From assembly GCA_965248925.1 (NCBI GenBank), contig CBDFLE010000006.1, positions 2,048,001-2,112,000 of the forward strand: a stretch of 64,000 nt of DNA, written 5' to 3'. Below are positions 1-10,510 of this stretch, piece by piece (the first letter of the stretch is position 1; every line of letters starts with the position of its first letter). This DNA comes from Candidatus Multivoradales bacterium. Lineage in GTDB: Bacteria; Acidobacteriota; Thermoanaerobaculia; Multivoradales; J023. Position numbers and translations under genes: made by a program. The notes beneath the pieces were generated by a model, which made no database searches, was not told where the DNA came from, and saw only the letters and a program-made list of their open reading frames with translations.

Positions 1-2394
1 GAATGGCTGGCGGAAGTGGTGTTGATTATCTCCGACGCTGAACGGAACTTGTTCCTGAAGCTCGAAGAGCAGTACCAGCGCGACGCTTTCATCGAGCGCT
101 TCTGGAAAGTGCGAGATTCCTACCCCCGCACGGCGCGCAACGAATACCGCGAAGACTGGTACGCCCGCATTCAGGAAGCGCGGGAGAACTTTGGCCAACT
201 GGAGAATGATGATCGCTCTCGCATCTTGCTGACCAATGGTTTCCCGCTGCAACGCATACCGGTCAATTGCCGCACTGAGCTGTGGCCGGTGGAGGTTTGG
301 TTCTATGACGGCAGTGACACGGTCGGTTTCGAGTTTCTGCTGCTCTTCTACCAACCTCACGGCCATGGACCTTTCCGCCTTTGGGACCCCTTTCTTGGTC
401 TTGACGACCTCAGCCAGAATTCAGGCTTGACGCTGTCCAGAATCGAATCGGTGTGCGGTGAGGACGGACGTGCCATCTTGGCGGCGATCAACTTCTTGCG
501 CGCCCAAGGAGGCATTCTCGGCGCCCAGGCCGTGCTTTCACGGATCCAGAAAAAGCCCAAGCCACCCAATAAGGAGTGGATCGCTTCATTCTCCACCTAC
601 TCCACCAAGTTGCCAGAGGGCGCCGAGACCTTCGCTGCTCAGCTGCGGCTGGACTATCCTGGGCGTCACATGAGCCGCTCGGTGATGCAGATCGGCTTGG
701 CGGTGCCGGTCGAAGCGTTGGCCACCGCCGAACTCGCCGGCCAGAAGTCTTTCAATTTGATGCTCAACGGCGAAGTCTTGCGGGGCGAAGAGCTATTCGA
801 GAATTTTCGCTATAAGTTCGACTTGCCCACCCGCGAAGTGCCAGGGGACGAAGTCTCGTTAGTCGTGCAACGCTACCTACGACCGGGCAGCTACGAGCTG
901 ATCCTCAAGGTCGAGGATATCAACAGCGGCCGCTTTCACCGTCTACGCCAAACCATCGAGGTGCCGAGGCTCGACAACATCGTGGCGCCACCACCGCCCA
1001 CCGACCCAGAAACAGCTCGCCTGCTGGCCGAGGCCAACGCGGCGATCAAAAGCGGCGAATCTACCCTCGAACTAGTGCCGCCACGAGGCGGCTGGCAGAC
1101 CGGCCTGTTGCGAGTCAACACCCTGACCACCGGCGAGAACATCGCCAAAGTCACCTTCTTCCTCGACAATCGACCAATCTTGACCAAGCGGCGGCAGCCC
1201 TTCAGCGTCGAACTCGACCTCGGTGCCGTGCCACGACCCAGAGAGCTGCGAATCGTCGGTTACGACTCGCAAGACGAGGAGATCGCCGCCGACGAGCTAA
1301 CTTTGAATGCTGGCCAGCACCGCTTCGCCGTCAACCTCACCGAGCCCCGCCAGGGCAAGACCTACCAGCGCAGCTTGCGCGCCCAAGCCGAGGTGATCCT
1401 GCCCGAGGGTGAGATTGCCGAACGGGTGGAGTTCTTTCTCAACGAGACTCTGGTGGCAACGGTCTACCAGCCGCCCTACCTGCAACCCATCGTGTTGCCC
1501 AGCAGCGAGGAAGTGGCCTATGTCAGAGCGGTGGCCTACACCCTCGACGGAACCAACGTCGAGGACACCGTCTTCATCAACTTCCCCGGCTATTTGGAAG
1601 ATGTCGATGTTGATTTCGTCGAACTCTACACCACGGTACTGGACCGTGACCGGCGACCGGTGGAAGACCTTGAGCTAGCCGACTTCAGCATCCTCGAAGA
1701 TGGCCAACCGCAGCAAGTCGTGCGTTTCGAAGCGGTGCGCGATCTGCCGATCTTCGTCGCCACCATGCTCGATGTTTCGGCATCGATGGATGAGCAGCTG
1801 ATCCCCGCCCGAGACGCCGCCCTGGGCTTCTTCCAGCAGACCCTGACGGCCAAAGATCGTGGCGCGGTGATTACCTTCAACTCTCATCCCAATCTGGCCG
1901 CCAAGTTCACCAACCAGGTCGACGATCTGGCGGCGGGCCTGGCCGGGCTCAAAGCTGAACTCGGAACCGCGCTCTACGACAGCCTGATCTTCACCCTCTA
2001 CTATTTCAATGGCATCAGTGGCCAACGGGCCATTCTGTTGCTCTCTGACGGCAAGGACGAATCCAGCCGCTATGAGTTCGACGCCGCTTTGGAATACGCC
2101 CAGCGGGCTGGTGTCTCGATCTACTCGATTGGCTTGTCGCTGAACCGTAAAGACCTCGACGCCCGACGCAAGCTGAGCAAGCTCGCCGAAGCCACCGGCG
2201 GTCGCAGCTTCTTCATCGACGATGCCGGCGAGCTGCCGGCGATCTACGACGCCATCCAGCGCGAACTGCGCTCACGCTACTTGCTGGCTTACCAATCTTC
2301 GAACACCAGTGGTAGCAAGGCTTTCCGCGCTATCGAGGTGAAAATGAGCGGCTCCGGCCAGCGTGCCTCCACCCTGCGAGGCTACTATCCCTGA
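1..2394 (+). CDS. GWxTD-like domain + Ig-like repeats + VWA domain protein (5'-truncated by window edge)
   Basis: Frame is open from base 1 (EWLAEVVLIIS...). N-terminal FIERFWKVRD..P.T.RNE..DDRSRI resembles the GWxTD domain. C-terminal VWA has MIDAS DVSAS, TALYD and LLLSDGKD; ends RGYYP. Confidence 0.85.
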   Translation, partial: EWLAEVVLIISDAERNLFLKLEEQYQRDAFIERFWKVRDSYPRTARNEYREDWYARIQEARENFGQLENDDRSRILLTNGFPLQRIPVNCRTELWPVEVWFYDGSDTVGFEFLLLFYQPHGHGPFRLWDPFLGLDDLSQNSGLTLSRIESVCGEDGRAILAAINFLRAQGGILGAQAVLSRIQKKPKPPNKEWIASFSTYSTKLPEGAETFAAQLRLDYPGRHMSRSVMQIGLAVPVEALATAELAGQKSFNLMLNGEVLRGEELFENFRYKFDLPTREVPGDEVSLVVQRYLRPGSYELILKVEDINSGRFHRLRQTIEVPRLDNIVAPPPPTDPETARLLAEANAAIKSGESTLELVPPRGGWQTGLLRVNTLTTGENIAKVTFFLDNRPILTKRRQPFSVELDLGAVPRPRELRIVGYDSQDEEIAADELTLNAGQHRFAVNLTEPRQGKTYQRSLRAQAEVILPEGEIAERVEFFLNETLVATVYQPPYLQPIVLPSSEEVAYVRAVAYTLDGTNVEDTVFINFPGYLEDVDVDFVELYTTVLDRDRRPVEDLELADFSILEDGQPQQVVRFEAVRDLPIFVATMLDVSASMDEQLIPARDAALGFFQQTLTAKDRGAVITFNSHPNLAAKFTNQVDDLAAGLAGLKAELGTALYDSLIFTLYYFNGISGQRAILLLSDGKDESSRYEFDAALEYAQRAGVSIYSIGLSLNRKDLDARRKLSKLAEATGGRSFFIDDAGELPAIYDAIQRELRSRYLLAYQSSNTSGSKAFRAIEVKMSGSGQRASTLRGYYP

Positions 2395-4987
2395 ACCGAT
2401 TCTCAGCCAGCGCTGGCGCCAACTCTGGCCACTGCTGATCCTCCTCGCCAGCCTGGCCGGCTTGGCGACTCCCCTGTGCGCTCAGGCAGATGGTGAGCCA
2501 GCGGGCAGCAGCGAGCTCGAGGCCCGCCACCAGTACTGGCTCGAAGAAGTCGAGCCGCTGCTCAGCGAGGCGGAACGCAAGGTCTGGGAAGAGCTGGAAG
2601 CCAACTACCAACGCGACCACTTCATCCGCGAGTTCTGGCGAGTCCGCGATCCCTATCCCAAGACCGGCCGCAACGAGCTGCGCGAGCGCTGGCAGGCGCG
2701 GGTCGAAGTGGCCCGCGATGCCTACGCCGACCTCAGCGATCCGCGCGCCCAGATTCTGCTGCAACTCGGCGAGCCCAGTCGGCGCCGGCCGCCATCCTGC
2801 AGCGACCTCCTACGGCCGTTGGAAATCTGGATCTACGACCACGGCAGTGACTTCATCAACGGGTATTTCACGGTGGTTTTCGTCGGCACTCGCGGTGGCC
2901 GCGCCGGCAAGGCTCGACTGTGGCAACCGGCCGATGGCCTGGCGTCTTTAGTTGTACTAGGCACGGTCTCCATGGCCGATCCGCAGCTGGCCCGGCAGAT
3001 TCGCCAAGGCTGTACCCGCGGCGACGAGCTGCTGGCCGATTTCGCCCAAGCTCTCGAAATCGCCCACGTCGAGAGCCGCCTCGGCGCGTTGATTCCCCGT
3101 CCTTCGGCGGAGTGGGTGGCGAGCTTCCGTGCCCGCTCGACCCAGCTGAAAGACGATGCCGAGTCGCTCGCTGGCCGGCTCGAAATCGCTTTCCCTGGCC
3201 GCCATCAAAGCCGCACCATAGTGCAGGGCCTGCTGTCGATACCAGCCGCGGCGGCGACCGTTGGCGAACTTGGTAGCCTGCGGGTCTATAACTTTTTGAT
3301 CGATGGCGAGGTTCTGCGCCAGGGTGAACTCTTTGACCACTTTCGCTACCGCTTTGCGCTGCCGGCCAAGGAAATCACCGGCGACCAGCTGCCGCTGATC
3401 TTGCAGCGCTATCTACGTCCCGGCGACTACACTCTGATCCTCAAGGCTGAAGACATTCACTCCGGCCGCGCCTTCCGGATCGAGCGGCCGCTACGAGTGC
3501 CGAAGATCAACCAGGTTAAGCCACCGCCGGTGGTAGCGGTGGGCAGCACCACGGCTGAGCGAGCGGCCGCGGACGGCCGAGCGGTCGAGGTCAGTACCCG
3601 GCTACTCGGCGGCCGGCTCGCGGAAGCCAACGCCAGCCTCGGTTCCGGGGATCACCTGATCAGGATCCTGCCCTTGCCAGCGATGCTCAGTGTCGGCCGC
3701 CTGCGGATCGAGGCCGAGACCACCGGCGAGGGTATCGCCAAAGTCGCCTTCGAACTCGATGGCCGGCCGGTGATGCGAAAGAGCCGGCCGCCTTACAGCG
3801 TCGAACTCAATCTAGGCGAGCAACCCCGCACTCATGAGCTGAGAGTGTTGGCTTTGGACAGCGATGGCAAAGTACTGGCGATCGATCAGGCGGTGGTCAA
3901 CGCTGGCCCCCACCGCTTCGCCATCCGCTTGCTAGAGCCCCAGCTCGGCAAGACCTACCGGCGCAGCGTTCGGGCTCAGGCCGAAGTCGAAGTGCCCGAA
4001 GGCGAGCGCCTCGAACGAGTCGAGTTCTACATCAACGAAACCTTGCTGGCGAGCCTCTATCAAGCTCCCTGGGAGCAGCCCATGCTGTTGCCGCCGGACG
4101 AGGAGGTGACCTACGTGCGCGCGGTCGCCCACCTGCGCGGTGGGAGTTCGGTCGAAGATGTGGTGTTCATCAACGCTCCCGACTACGTCGACCACCTGGA
4201 CGTACGACTGGTCGAGCTCTACACCTCGGTTGTGGACCGCAAAGGCCGAGCGATCAGGGATCTGCGGCGCGAAGAAATCACCGTGCTCGAAGACGGTGTC
4301 CAGCAGGAGATTCAGCGCTTCGAAGAGATTCGTGATCAACCGATCCACACCGGCATCGTGCTCGACACTTCGATTTCCATGGTTGAAGAACTCGCTGAAG
4401 TCGAAAAGGCGGCCTATCGCTTCCTCGAAACCGTACTGACCCCGCGCGATCGCGCGGCGGTGATCACTTTCGCCGACGAACCCAAGCTGGTGACCCGCTT
4501 CACCGCCGATCGGGAAGTCTTGGCCGGCGGCCTGGTCGGCTTGGTGGCGGACGGAGAAACGGCGCTCTACGACAGCCTGATCTACGCCCTGCACTACTTC
4601 AGCGGCCTGCCCGGCAAGCGCGCCCTGATCGTACTCACCGACGGCGCCGACTCGGTGTCGCACTACGGCTATGAAGACGTCACCGACTTTGCCCACCGTA
4701 CTGGTGTCGCCATCTACATGATCGGTCTCGATCTAAATTCCCGCCAGATGGACATCCGGGTCAAGATGCAGCGCCTGGCCCGCTCCACCGGCGGCAACAG
4801 CTTCTTCATCGAAAGCGCTTCGCAGCTGGGCAGCATCTACGACAAGATCCAGGAAGAGCTGCGAGCGCAATACTTGATCGCCTACCAAGCACCCGGCGAC
4901 GACCAAGACGCTCGTTTTCGTCAAGTCGAAGTGCGGCTGAGTCGCAAAGGACTCAAGGCCAAGACCATTCAGGGCTACTTCCCTTAG
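2363..4987 (+). CDS. GWxTD-like + Ig-like + VWA domain protein, paralogue 2 (exported)
   Basis: Signal-peptide-like N-terminus, FIREFWRVRDPYPKTGRNE, MIDAS DTSIS, TALYD, VLTDGAD, ends QGYFP. Collinear with the upstream paralogue. Start codon uncertain. Confidence 0.85.
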   Translation: MPPPCEATIPEPILSQRWRQLWPLLILLASLAGLATPLCAQADGEPAGSSELEARHQYWLEEVEPLLSEAERKVWEELEANYQRDHFIREFWRVRDPYPKTGRNELRERWQARVEVARDAYADLSDPRAQILLQLGEPSRRRPPSCSDLLRPLEIWIYDHGSDFINGYFTVVFVGTRGGRAGKARLWQPADGLASLVVLGTVSMADPQLARQIRQGCTRGDELLADFAQALEIAHVESRLGALIPRPSAEWVASFRARSTQLKDDAESLAGRLEIAFPGRHQSRTIVQGLLSIPAAAATVGELGSLRVYNFLIDGEVLRQGELFDHFRYRFALPAKEITGDQLPLILQRYLRPGDYTLILKAEDIHSGRAFRIERPLRVPKINQVKPPPVVAVGSTTAERAAADGRAVEVSTRLLGGRLAEANASLGSGDHLIRILPLPAMLSVGRLRIEAETTGEGIAKVAFELDGRPVMRKSRPPYSVELNLGEQPRTHELRVLALDSDGKVLAIDQAVVNAGPHRFAIRLLEPQLGKTYRRSVRAQAEVEVPEGERLERVEFYINETLLASLYQAPWEQPMLLPPDEEVTYVRAVAHLRGGSSVEDVVFINAPDYVDHLDVRLVELYTSVVDRKGRAIRDLRREEITVLEDGVQQEIQRFEEIRDQPIHTGIVLDTSISMVEELAEVEKAAYRFLETVLTPRDRAAVITFADEPKLVTRFTADREVLAGGLVGLVADGETALYDSLIYALHYFSGLPGKRALIVLTDGADSVSHYGYEDVTDFAHRTGVAIYMIGLDLNSRQMDIRVKMQRLARSTGGNSFFIESASQLGSIYDKIQEELRAQYLIAYQAPGDDQDARFRQVEVRLSRKGLKAKTIQGYFP

Positions 4988-4996
4988 GCCTGTCAG

Positions 4997-5716
4997 ATGC
5001 CGGCAGTCAACAACCCCTGCAACCGGAAGCCACAGATGACTTGCGCAAACCCAGGTTCAGAAGTGCCCCGCCGACTAGTGTTGGCCTCCGGCTCGGCCCG
5101 CCGCCGAGAGTTGCTCGATCTCCTCGGTCTGGATTTCGAAGTGCGGCCCGCGGACATCGACGAGACTCCTCAGCCGGACGAAACTCCCCACTGCTACGTA
5201 CTGCGCATGGCCACTGAGAAAGCTCGCGGCGGGGTTGCCGGCGAACTGCTCCTGGCCGCCGACACGGTGGTGGTGATCGATGACGAGATCCTCGGCAAGC
5301 CGCGCGACGCGGTCGATGCCAGGCAGATGTTGGCCAGGCTCTCTGGACGTCAGCATCGGGTACTCACCGGCGTCGGCCTGTCCGACCCCGAGCGCGGCCT
5401 ACGGATGGCGGTTGTCGAGGGCACCCAGGTCCACTTCAATCGTCTCAACGAGGGCGAGATCGAATGGTACGTCGGCACCGGTGAACCGCTCGACAAGGCT
5501 GGCGCCTATGCTATTCAAGGCCTGGCCTCCCTCTTCGTCCGGGCGATCCAAGGCTGCTATTGGAATGTCGTCGGCCTGCCACTGTCGACCACCTATCAGC
5601 TGCTGCGCCGCACCCGCTGCGAGCTGCTCAGCTTCGCCCACCAATCGCCCCCGGCAGAGCTGCTGGCGCGGCTGGCAGGGCAGGAAGAGGAGGAAGACTC
5701 AGTAGAAGGTGAGTAG
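4997..5716 (+). CDS. maf: Maf family nucleoside triphosphate pyrophosphatase
   Basis: [41 protein letters not shown] motifs. Start may be 5036. Confidence 0.93.
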   Translation: MPAVNNPCNRKPQMTCANPGSEVPRRLVLASGSARRRELLDLLGLDFEVRPADIDETPQPDETPHCYVLRMATEKARGGVAGELLLAADTVVVIDDEILGKPRDAVDARQMLARLSGRQHRVLTGVGLSDPERGLRMAVVEGTQVHFNRLNEGEIEWYVGTGEPLDKAGAYAIQGLASLFVRAIQGCYWNVVGLPLSTTYQLLRRTRCELLSFAHQSPPAELLARLAGQEEEEDSVEGE

Positions 5717-5727
5717 CGCCTCCGCCC

Positions 5728-6720
5728 TCAATCTTCCGAACCGTCATAAAGCCCGCTCACCAGCTCACCATAGCCGTTGTAGACCAACGTCTCACGGGTT
5801 TCGCCGCTGCCAATGTCCTTCTCCCAGCGCTGGCTCCAGCGTGGGTGCGGCTTGTGCGGCTCGACGTTCGAATAGAAACCGTACTCCTCAGCCTGGAAGT
5901 CGTTCCAGAAGGTCCCCGGACGATGCTTGGTGAACTCGATCCGCACTACAGACTTGGGACCCTTGTAGCCGTACTTCCATGGAATCGCCAACCGCCACGG
6001 CGCCCCATGCTGCATCGGCAAGGCGTGGCCATAGCTACCCACCGCGACAAAAGCCAGCGGGTGAGTGGCCTCGTCGAGGCGCAGGGCCTCGTAGTAGGGC
6101 CAGGAGTACCAGCTCTGGCTGCTCTGACCTGGAAGACCCTTCTTGTCGAAGACGCTGACGAAGCGCACCCAGCGGGCCGAGGGTAGAGGCTCGAGCCAGT
6201 CGATCAGGCTCTTCAGCGGATAGCCGGTCCAGGGTACCTGCATCGCCCAGCGCTCGACACAGCGAAAGCGGTAGAGTCGCTCCTCCAGCGGAAAACGGCC
6301 GAAGATGTCGTCGAGATCGAATTCCCGCTTCTCCTTTACCAGACCACGGACCTTGATCTTCCACGGCACCACGGGATAGTCCTGAGCCAGCTCCCACACC
6401 CGCTCCTTGGCAGTGGTGAACTCGTAAAAGTTGCTGTAACTACCGGCCACCGCCTCCTCGGTCAGCGACCGGTCGCTGAACTCATAGGCCGGGTTGCGTT
6501 GGGCCGGAAAACGGTCAGCGTAGAGCCCACCAACCGCTGCTTGGAGCATCTTTGCCGGATCAGCGCTGGCTTCCTTGGCACCGGCCCAGCGTGGCAATGC
6601 CAGCGCCGCGCCCGACAAACCCAGAGTCTTGAGTAGCTGACGGCGATTGAGGAAGGTCGCCTCGGGAGTCGCCAAGCACTCGGCAATTTTCCAGTCGGGT
6701 ACTATGTGGATGGCTGTCAT
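5728..6720 (-). CDS. msrP: Periplasmic protein-methionine-sulfoxide reductase catalytic subunit MsrP (YedY)
   Basis: Tat motif NRRQLL, YSNFYEF, RFRCVE (Mo-ligand Cys), PWKYGYK, EYGFYSNV, HPRWSQ. Start set at ATG 6720. Confidence 0.93.
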   Translation of the reverse strand: MTAIHIVPDWKIAECLATPEATFLNRRQLLKTLGLSGAALALPRWAGAKEASADPAKMLQAAVGGLYADRFPAQRNPAYEFSDRSLTEEAVAGSYSNFYEFTTAKERVWELAQDYPVVPWKIKVRGLVKEKREFDLDDIFGRFPLEERLYRFRCVERWAMQVPWTGYPLKSLIDWLEPLPSARWVRFVSVFDKKGLPGQSSQSWYSWPYYEALRLDEATHPLAFVAVGSYGHALPMQHGAPWRLAIPWKYGYKGPKSVVRIEFTKHRPGTFWNDFQAEEYGFYSNVEPHKPHPRWSQRWEKDIGSGETRETLVYNGYGELVSGLYDGSED

Positions 6721-6906
6721 TCTGGCTCCAAGGTCGACTGATCGATAGCCAGCAGTAGCGCCGCGCTGATCCGGACCGATGTTCTCGTCCCAAACCAGGC
6801 TAGAGCCTTGGCCCGCCGCCGTCAACACGAGAACACAGCCACGAACTCAGCGTAGTAGAATGGCGATCGTCGCCAATCCCTACTCATTTCCACAGGTCTC
6901 AGCACT

Positions 6907-7947
6907 GTGAAAGTCTTGATCCTCGCAGGCGGCAGCGGTACTCGTTTCTGGCCGCTCAGCCGTCGTCACCATCCCAAGCAACTGCTCGCCCTGGACGATG
7001 AGCGCAGCCTCTTGCAGGCCACCGTCGATCGGCTGGCGCCACTGGTGCTGCCAGCCGATGTTTGGGTGTGCACCACCGCGGCGCTGGCCGAGGCGGTTCG
7101 GGCTCAGCTACCAGAAGTTCCCAGCGAGCAAGTCTTGGAAGAACCTTGCGGCCGCAACACGGCGCCGGCGATCGGCTGGGCCCTCGGCGCTATGCCTGAT
7201 CCTCAGGGCATCGTCGCCGTGTTGCCGGCCGACCATCGTTTCACTGATCCCACGGCCTTCCGCCGCACCCTCGCCGCCGCTGCTGAACATGCCCGACGCG
7301 ACGACCTGGTGCTGACCCTCGGAGTCGAACCGCGCTGGGCCGAGACTGGTTATGGCTACCTGGAAGTGGGAAAACCGCTCGACCGTGGCACCGGCTTGCG
7401 TCAGGTGCGCAGCTTCCGCGAAAAGCCTGACGCCAAAACCGCCCAACGCTATGTCGACCAGAGAGGCTACTGGTGGAATGCCGGCATGTTTGTCTTTCGC
7501 AATGCCACCTTGCTGCGCCACTTGGACCGCCTGCAGCCTGATATCGGCCGTGGTCTACGGCAGATTGCCGCGGCACCCGAGAAGCTGGAGCAGCTCTATC
7601 CCGAGCTATCCTCGATATCGATCGACTACGCAGTGATGGAGCGTCTCGACGAGATTGCCTCCTTGCCGCTCGATTGTGGCTGGAGCGACCTTGGCTCCTG
7701 GGAAGCACTCGACGAAGTGCTAGCTCACGATACGAACGGCAACAGCACCCACGGCGAGGTCCTGGCGATCGATTGCCGAGACAACCTGCTGTGGGCCGAA
7801 CACGGCACCATCGCAGTGGTGGGAGTCGAAGGGTTAGTGGTGGTGCGCAGCGGCGATACTGTGCTGGTGATGCCCAAGAAGCGCTCCCAAGACGTCAAAG
7901 AAGTAGTTGCAGCCCTGCGCGCCAACGGCCGTGACGAGCTGCTCTAA
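6907..7947 (+). CDS. manC: Mannose-1-phosphate guanylyltransferase
   Basis: ILAGGSGTRFWPLSR, PKQ, EPCGRNTAPA, PADH, ETGYGY, FREKP, SIDYAVME, WSDLGSW. Confidence 0.93.
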   Translation: MKVLILAGGSGTRFWPLSRRHHPKQLLALDDERSLLQATVDRLAPLVLPADVWVCTTAALAEAVRAQLPEVPSEQVLEEPCGRNTAPAIGWALGAMPDPQGIVAVLPADHRFTDPTAFRRTLAAAAEHARRDDLVLTLGVEPRWAETGYGYLEVGKPLDRGTGLRQVRSFREKPDAKTAQRYVDQRGYWWNAGMFVFRNATLLRHLDRLQPDIGRGLRQIAAAPEKLEQLYPELSSISIDYAVMERLDEIASLPLDCGWSDLGSWEALDEVLAHDTNGNSTHGEVLAIDCRDNLLWAEHGTIAVVGVEGLVVVRSGDTVLVMPKKRSQDVKEVVAALRANGRDELL

Positions 7948-7951
7948 GGTC

Positions 7952-8641
7952 ATGCGTCTCGCCACAGTTTTTTCTCACGACGGCCGTGACTGGCCCTTGG
8001 CCGAGCTACCGTCGCCCATCCGGCCCGACGAGATCGTTGCTGGCGATGGCCCCTGGGAACTCGAACTTGGTTTTGGCAAAGGACGGTACTTGTTACAACG
8101 AGCGGCGGCTTTGCCCGAACGCCGCTTCCTGGGCATCGAACTGGTGTCGAAGTACTACCGCATGGCCCGCCATCGCGGTCAGCGCCGCGGGCTGAGCAAC
8201 TTAGCGGTGTGTCGGGGCGAGGCGCACTACCTGCTGGCGACGGCGATTCCACGCGGTTTTGCCGATCAAGTACACGTCTACTTTCCCGATCCCTGGCCCA
8301 AGGCAAAGCACCACAAGCGCCGCCTCTTCGACCCCGAAACCGTCGATCTGGTTCTCGGCGCGATTCGCCCCGGCGGCAAGCTGGTCTTCGCCACCGACTT
8401 TCTCGACTATGGGGAGATCGTCGTCGAGATCCTCTCCAGCCATCCCGACCTCACCCTGGAGCTGATCGACGGCCCGTGGCCGGACGGCGCCCGCACCCAC
8501 TACGAGTCGCGCTTCGTCCGCGAAGGCAAACCCATCCTGCGACTCCACGCCCACCTGGCCCAAGACGCCAAGCCGGGTGCCCTGCACCCCGACGGTCGAG
8601 CCGCGGTGCTGGCAGCGGTGGCGGAGCGTCGCAGCGACTAA
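7952..8641 (+). CDS. trmB: tRNA (guanine-N7)-methyltransferase
   Basis: ELGFGKG, FLGIE, YFPDPWPKAKHHKRRL, FATD, THYE motifs. Confidence 0.9.
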   Translation: MRLATVFSHDGRDWPLAELPSPIRPDEIVAGDGPWELELGFGKGRYLLQRAAALPERRFLGIELVSKYYRMARHRGQRRGLSNLAVCRGEAHYLLATAIPRGFADQVHVYFPDPWPKAKHHKRRLFDPETVDLVLGAIRPGGKLVFATDFLDYGEIVVEILSSHPDLTLELIDGPWPDGARTHYESRFVREGKPILRLHAHLAQDAKPGALHPDGRAAVLAAVAERRSD

Positions 8642-8736
8642 ACGAGAGCCATGCCGCAGCTTGGCTGGAGGTCAGCTATCCGACGCTAACGGCTAGGCGC
8701 GGCAGAGCGGCGGAATGATAGTCTTGCTAGCCGCTC

Positions 8737-10479
8737 ATGCACCAGCTGCGACGTCTTTTCGACTACTTCCGTCCCCACCGCCGACAACTTCAGCTCGGTA
8801 TCTGTTCCATCCTGGCGACCGCCGGGGTGGGCCTGATGGCTCCGCTGATCATCGGCCTGGGTATCGATGCTCTGCACCAACAAGTCACCCCGCGGAGACT
8901 TCTGACCTACGCCGCTCTGCTGGTGATCGTCGCCACCGTGCAGGGCTTTTTCAGCTTTCTGCAACGCAAGACCCTGGTGACCATGAGTCGCAATATCGAA
9001 CTCGATCTGCGGCGCGACCTCTTCTGCCACTTGCAACGCCTCGACCCAGCCTTCTACCAACATAGCTACACCGGCGATCTGATGGCTCGCGCCACCAATG
9101 ATCTCGAAGCAGTCAGGCGGCTCTGCGGCCCGGCGATCATGTACGGCACCAACACCCTCTTTGTCGCCACCGGCGCGCTGCTCTTCATGTATCGGATCCA
9201 TCCATGGCTCACCCTGCTGTCGCTGTGCACGCTGCCGGTGGTGGCGCTGATCACCCAGCTCTTCGGGCAACGCATTCACAGCTTGTTCAAAGTCGTTCAG
9301 GCAGATTTCTCGCGCCTCTCAGCCAAGGTCCAAGAGAGTCTCGCGGGCAGTCGGGTGGTGCGAGCCTATGCCCAGGAAGAAGCCGAGGAGAGGGCCTTTG
9401 ACCAACTCAGCTACAACTATGTAGAGAGCAACCGTCAGCTGATCCGTTGGAATGCGGCCTTTCGCCCACTGCTGCAACTGATGATCGGCCTGGGTATCGT
9501 CGCGGTGCTGTACTTTGGTAGCCAGTTGTTGATCGATGGCCGAATCACGGTGGGGCAATTCGTCAGTTTCAACCTCTTCCTGACCAAGCTCACCTGGCCG
9601 ATGATCGCCATTGGCTGGGTGATTAACATCACCCAGCGTGGTTTGGCTTCTTTCGGGCGCATTCGCGAGATCCTCGACACCGAACCCGGCGTGCGCGACC
9701 AGGAGCCGCTCGAGCAGCCCAAGAACCTCACCGGCGCGGTGCGCTTCGACCATCTCGACTTCACCTATCCGGGAGCTTCGCCAGCGGTGCTGCGGCAGAT
9801 CGACTTCGCGGTGGACGCTGGGACTCGGGTCGCCCTGGTCGGCCGCACCGGTGCTGGCAAGAGCACTCTCCTATCGCTGATCCCACGACTCTACGAGCCC
9901 GAAGCCGGCAGCCTGTGGATCGATGGCTACGATGTTCGGCGGCTACCCCTGGCCACCCTGCGCGGCATGCTCGCCATGGTGCCGCAGGAGACCTTCCTCT
10001 TCTCGGCGACGATTCGCGACAATGTCGCCTTTGGCTCGCCCGAGGCGAGCAGCGAAGAGATCCAACAAGCAGTGCGATTAGCCGGCCTCGACGAAGATTT
10101 GCAGGACTTCCCCGCCGGCCTCGACACCATCGTCGGCGAACGCGGCATCTCCCTCTCAGGCGGCCAGAAACAACGGGTCGCCCTGGCCCGTGCCGTGTTG
10201 CGCCAACCCCGCTTACTGCTGCTCGACGACTGCTTGTCGGCGGTGGACGCGCAGACTGAAGAGCGTATTCTCAACAATCTGCGAACCTTCTTTCCCGGTC
10301 GCACGGTCTTCCAGGTGTCCCACCGCATCTCGGCGGTCGAAGGAGCCGATCTGATTCTTGTGCTCGACGGCGGTCGCATCGTCGAACGGGGCAACCACCG
10401 AGAGCTGCTCGACCAAGGCGGCCTTTACGCCGACCTCGAGCAGCGGCAGCGGCTCGAAGACCAGCTGGCAACGGTCTAG
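8737..10479 (+). CDS. ABC exporter, fused permease/ATP-binding subunit (YheI/MdlA-like)
   Basis: N-terminal TM domain with GDLMARATND, Walker A GRTGAGKS, signature LSGGQKQR, Walker B LLLDD. Confidence 0.92.
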   Translation: MHQLRRLFDYFRPHRRQLQLGICSILATAGVGLMAPLIIGLGIDALHQQVTPRRLLTYAALLVIVATVQGFFSFLQRKTLVTMSRNIELDLRRDLFCHLQRLDPAFYQHSYTGDLMARATNDLEAVRRLCGPAIMYGTNTLFVATGALLFMYRIHPWLTLLSLCTLPVVALITQLFGQRIHSLFKVVQADFSRLSAKVQESLAGSRVVRAYAQEEAEERAFDQLSYNYVESNRQLIRWNAAFRPLLQLMIGLGIVAVLYFGSQLLIDGRITVGQFVSFNLFLTKLTWPMIAIGWVINITQRGLASFGRIREILDTEPGVRDQEPLEQPKNLTGAVRFDHLDFTYPGASPAVLRQIDFAVDAGTRVALVGRTGAGKSTLLSLIPRLYEPEAGSLWIDGYDVRRLPLATLRGMLAMVPQETFLFSATIRDNVAFGSPEASSEEIQQAVRLAGLDEDLQDFPAGLDTIVGERGISLSGGQKQRVALARAVLRQPRLLLLDDCLSAVDAQTEERILNNLRTFFPGRTVFQVSHRISAVEGADLILVLDGGRIVERGNHRELLDQGGLYADLEQRQRLEDQLATV

Positions 10480-10510
10480 CGCAACCGTCTGTTAGCCCTC
10501 TCGGCTGGAC

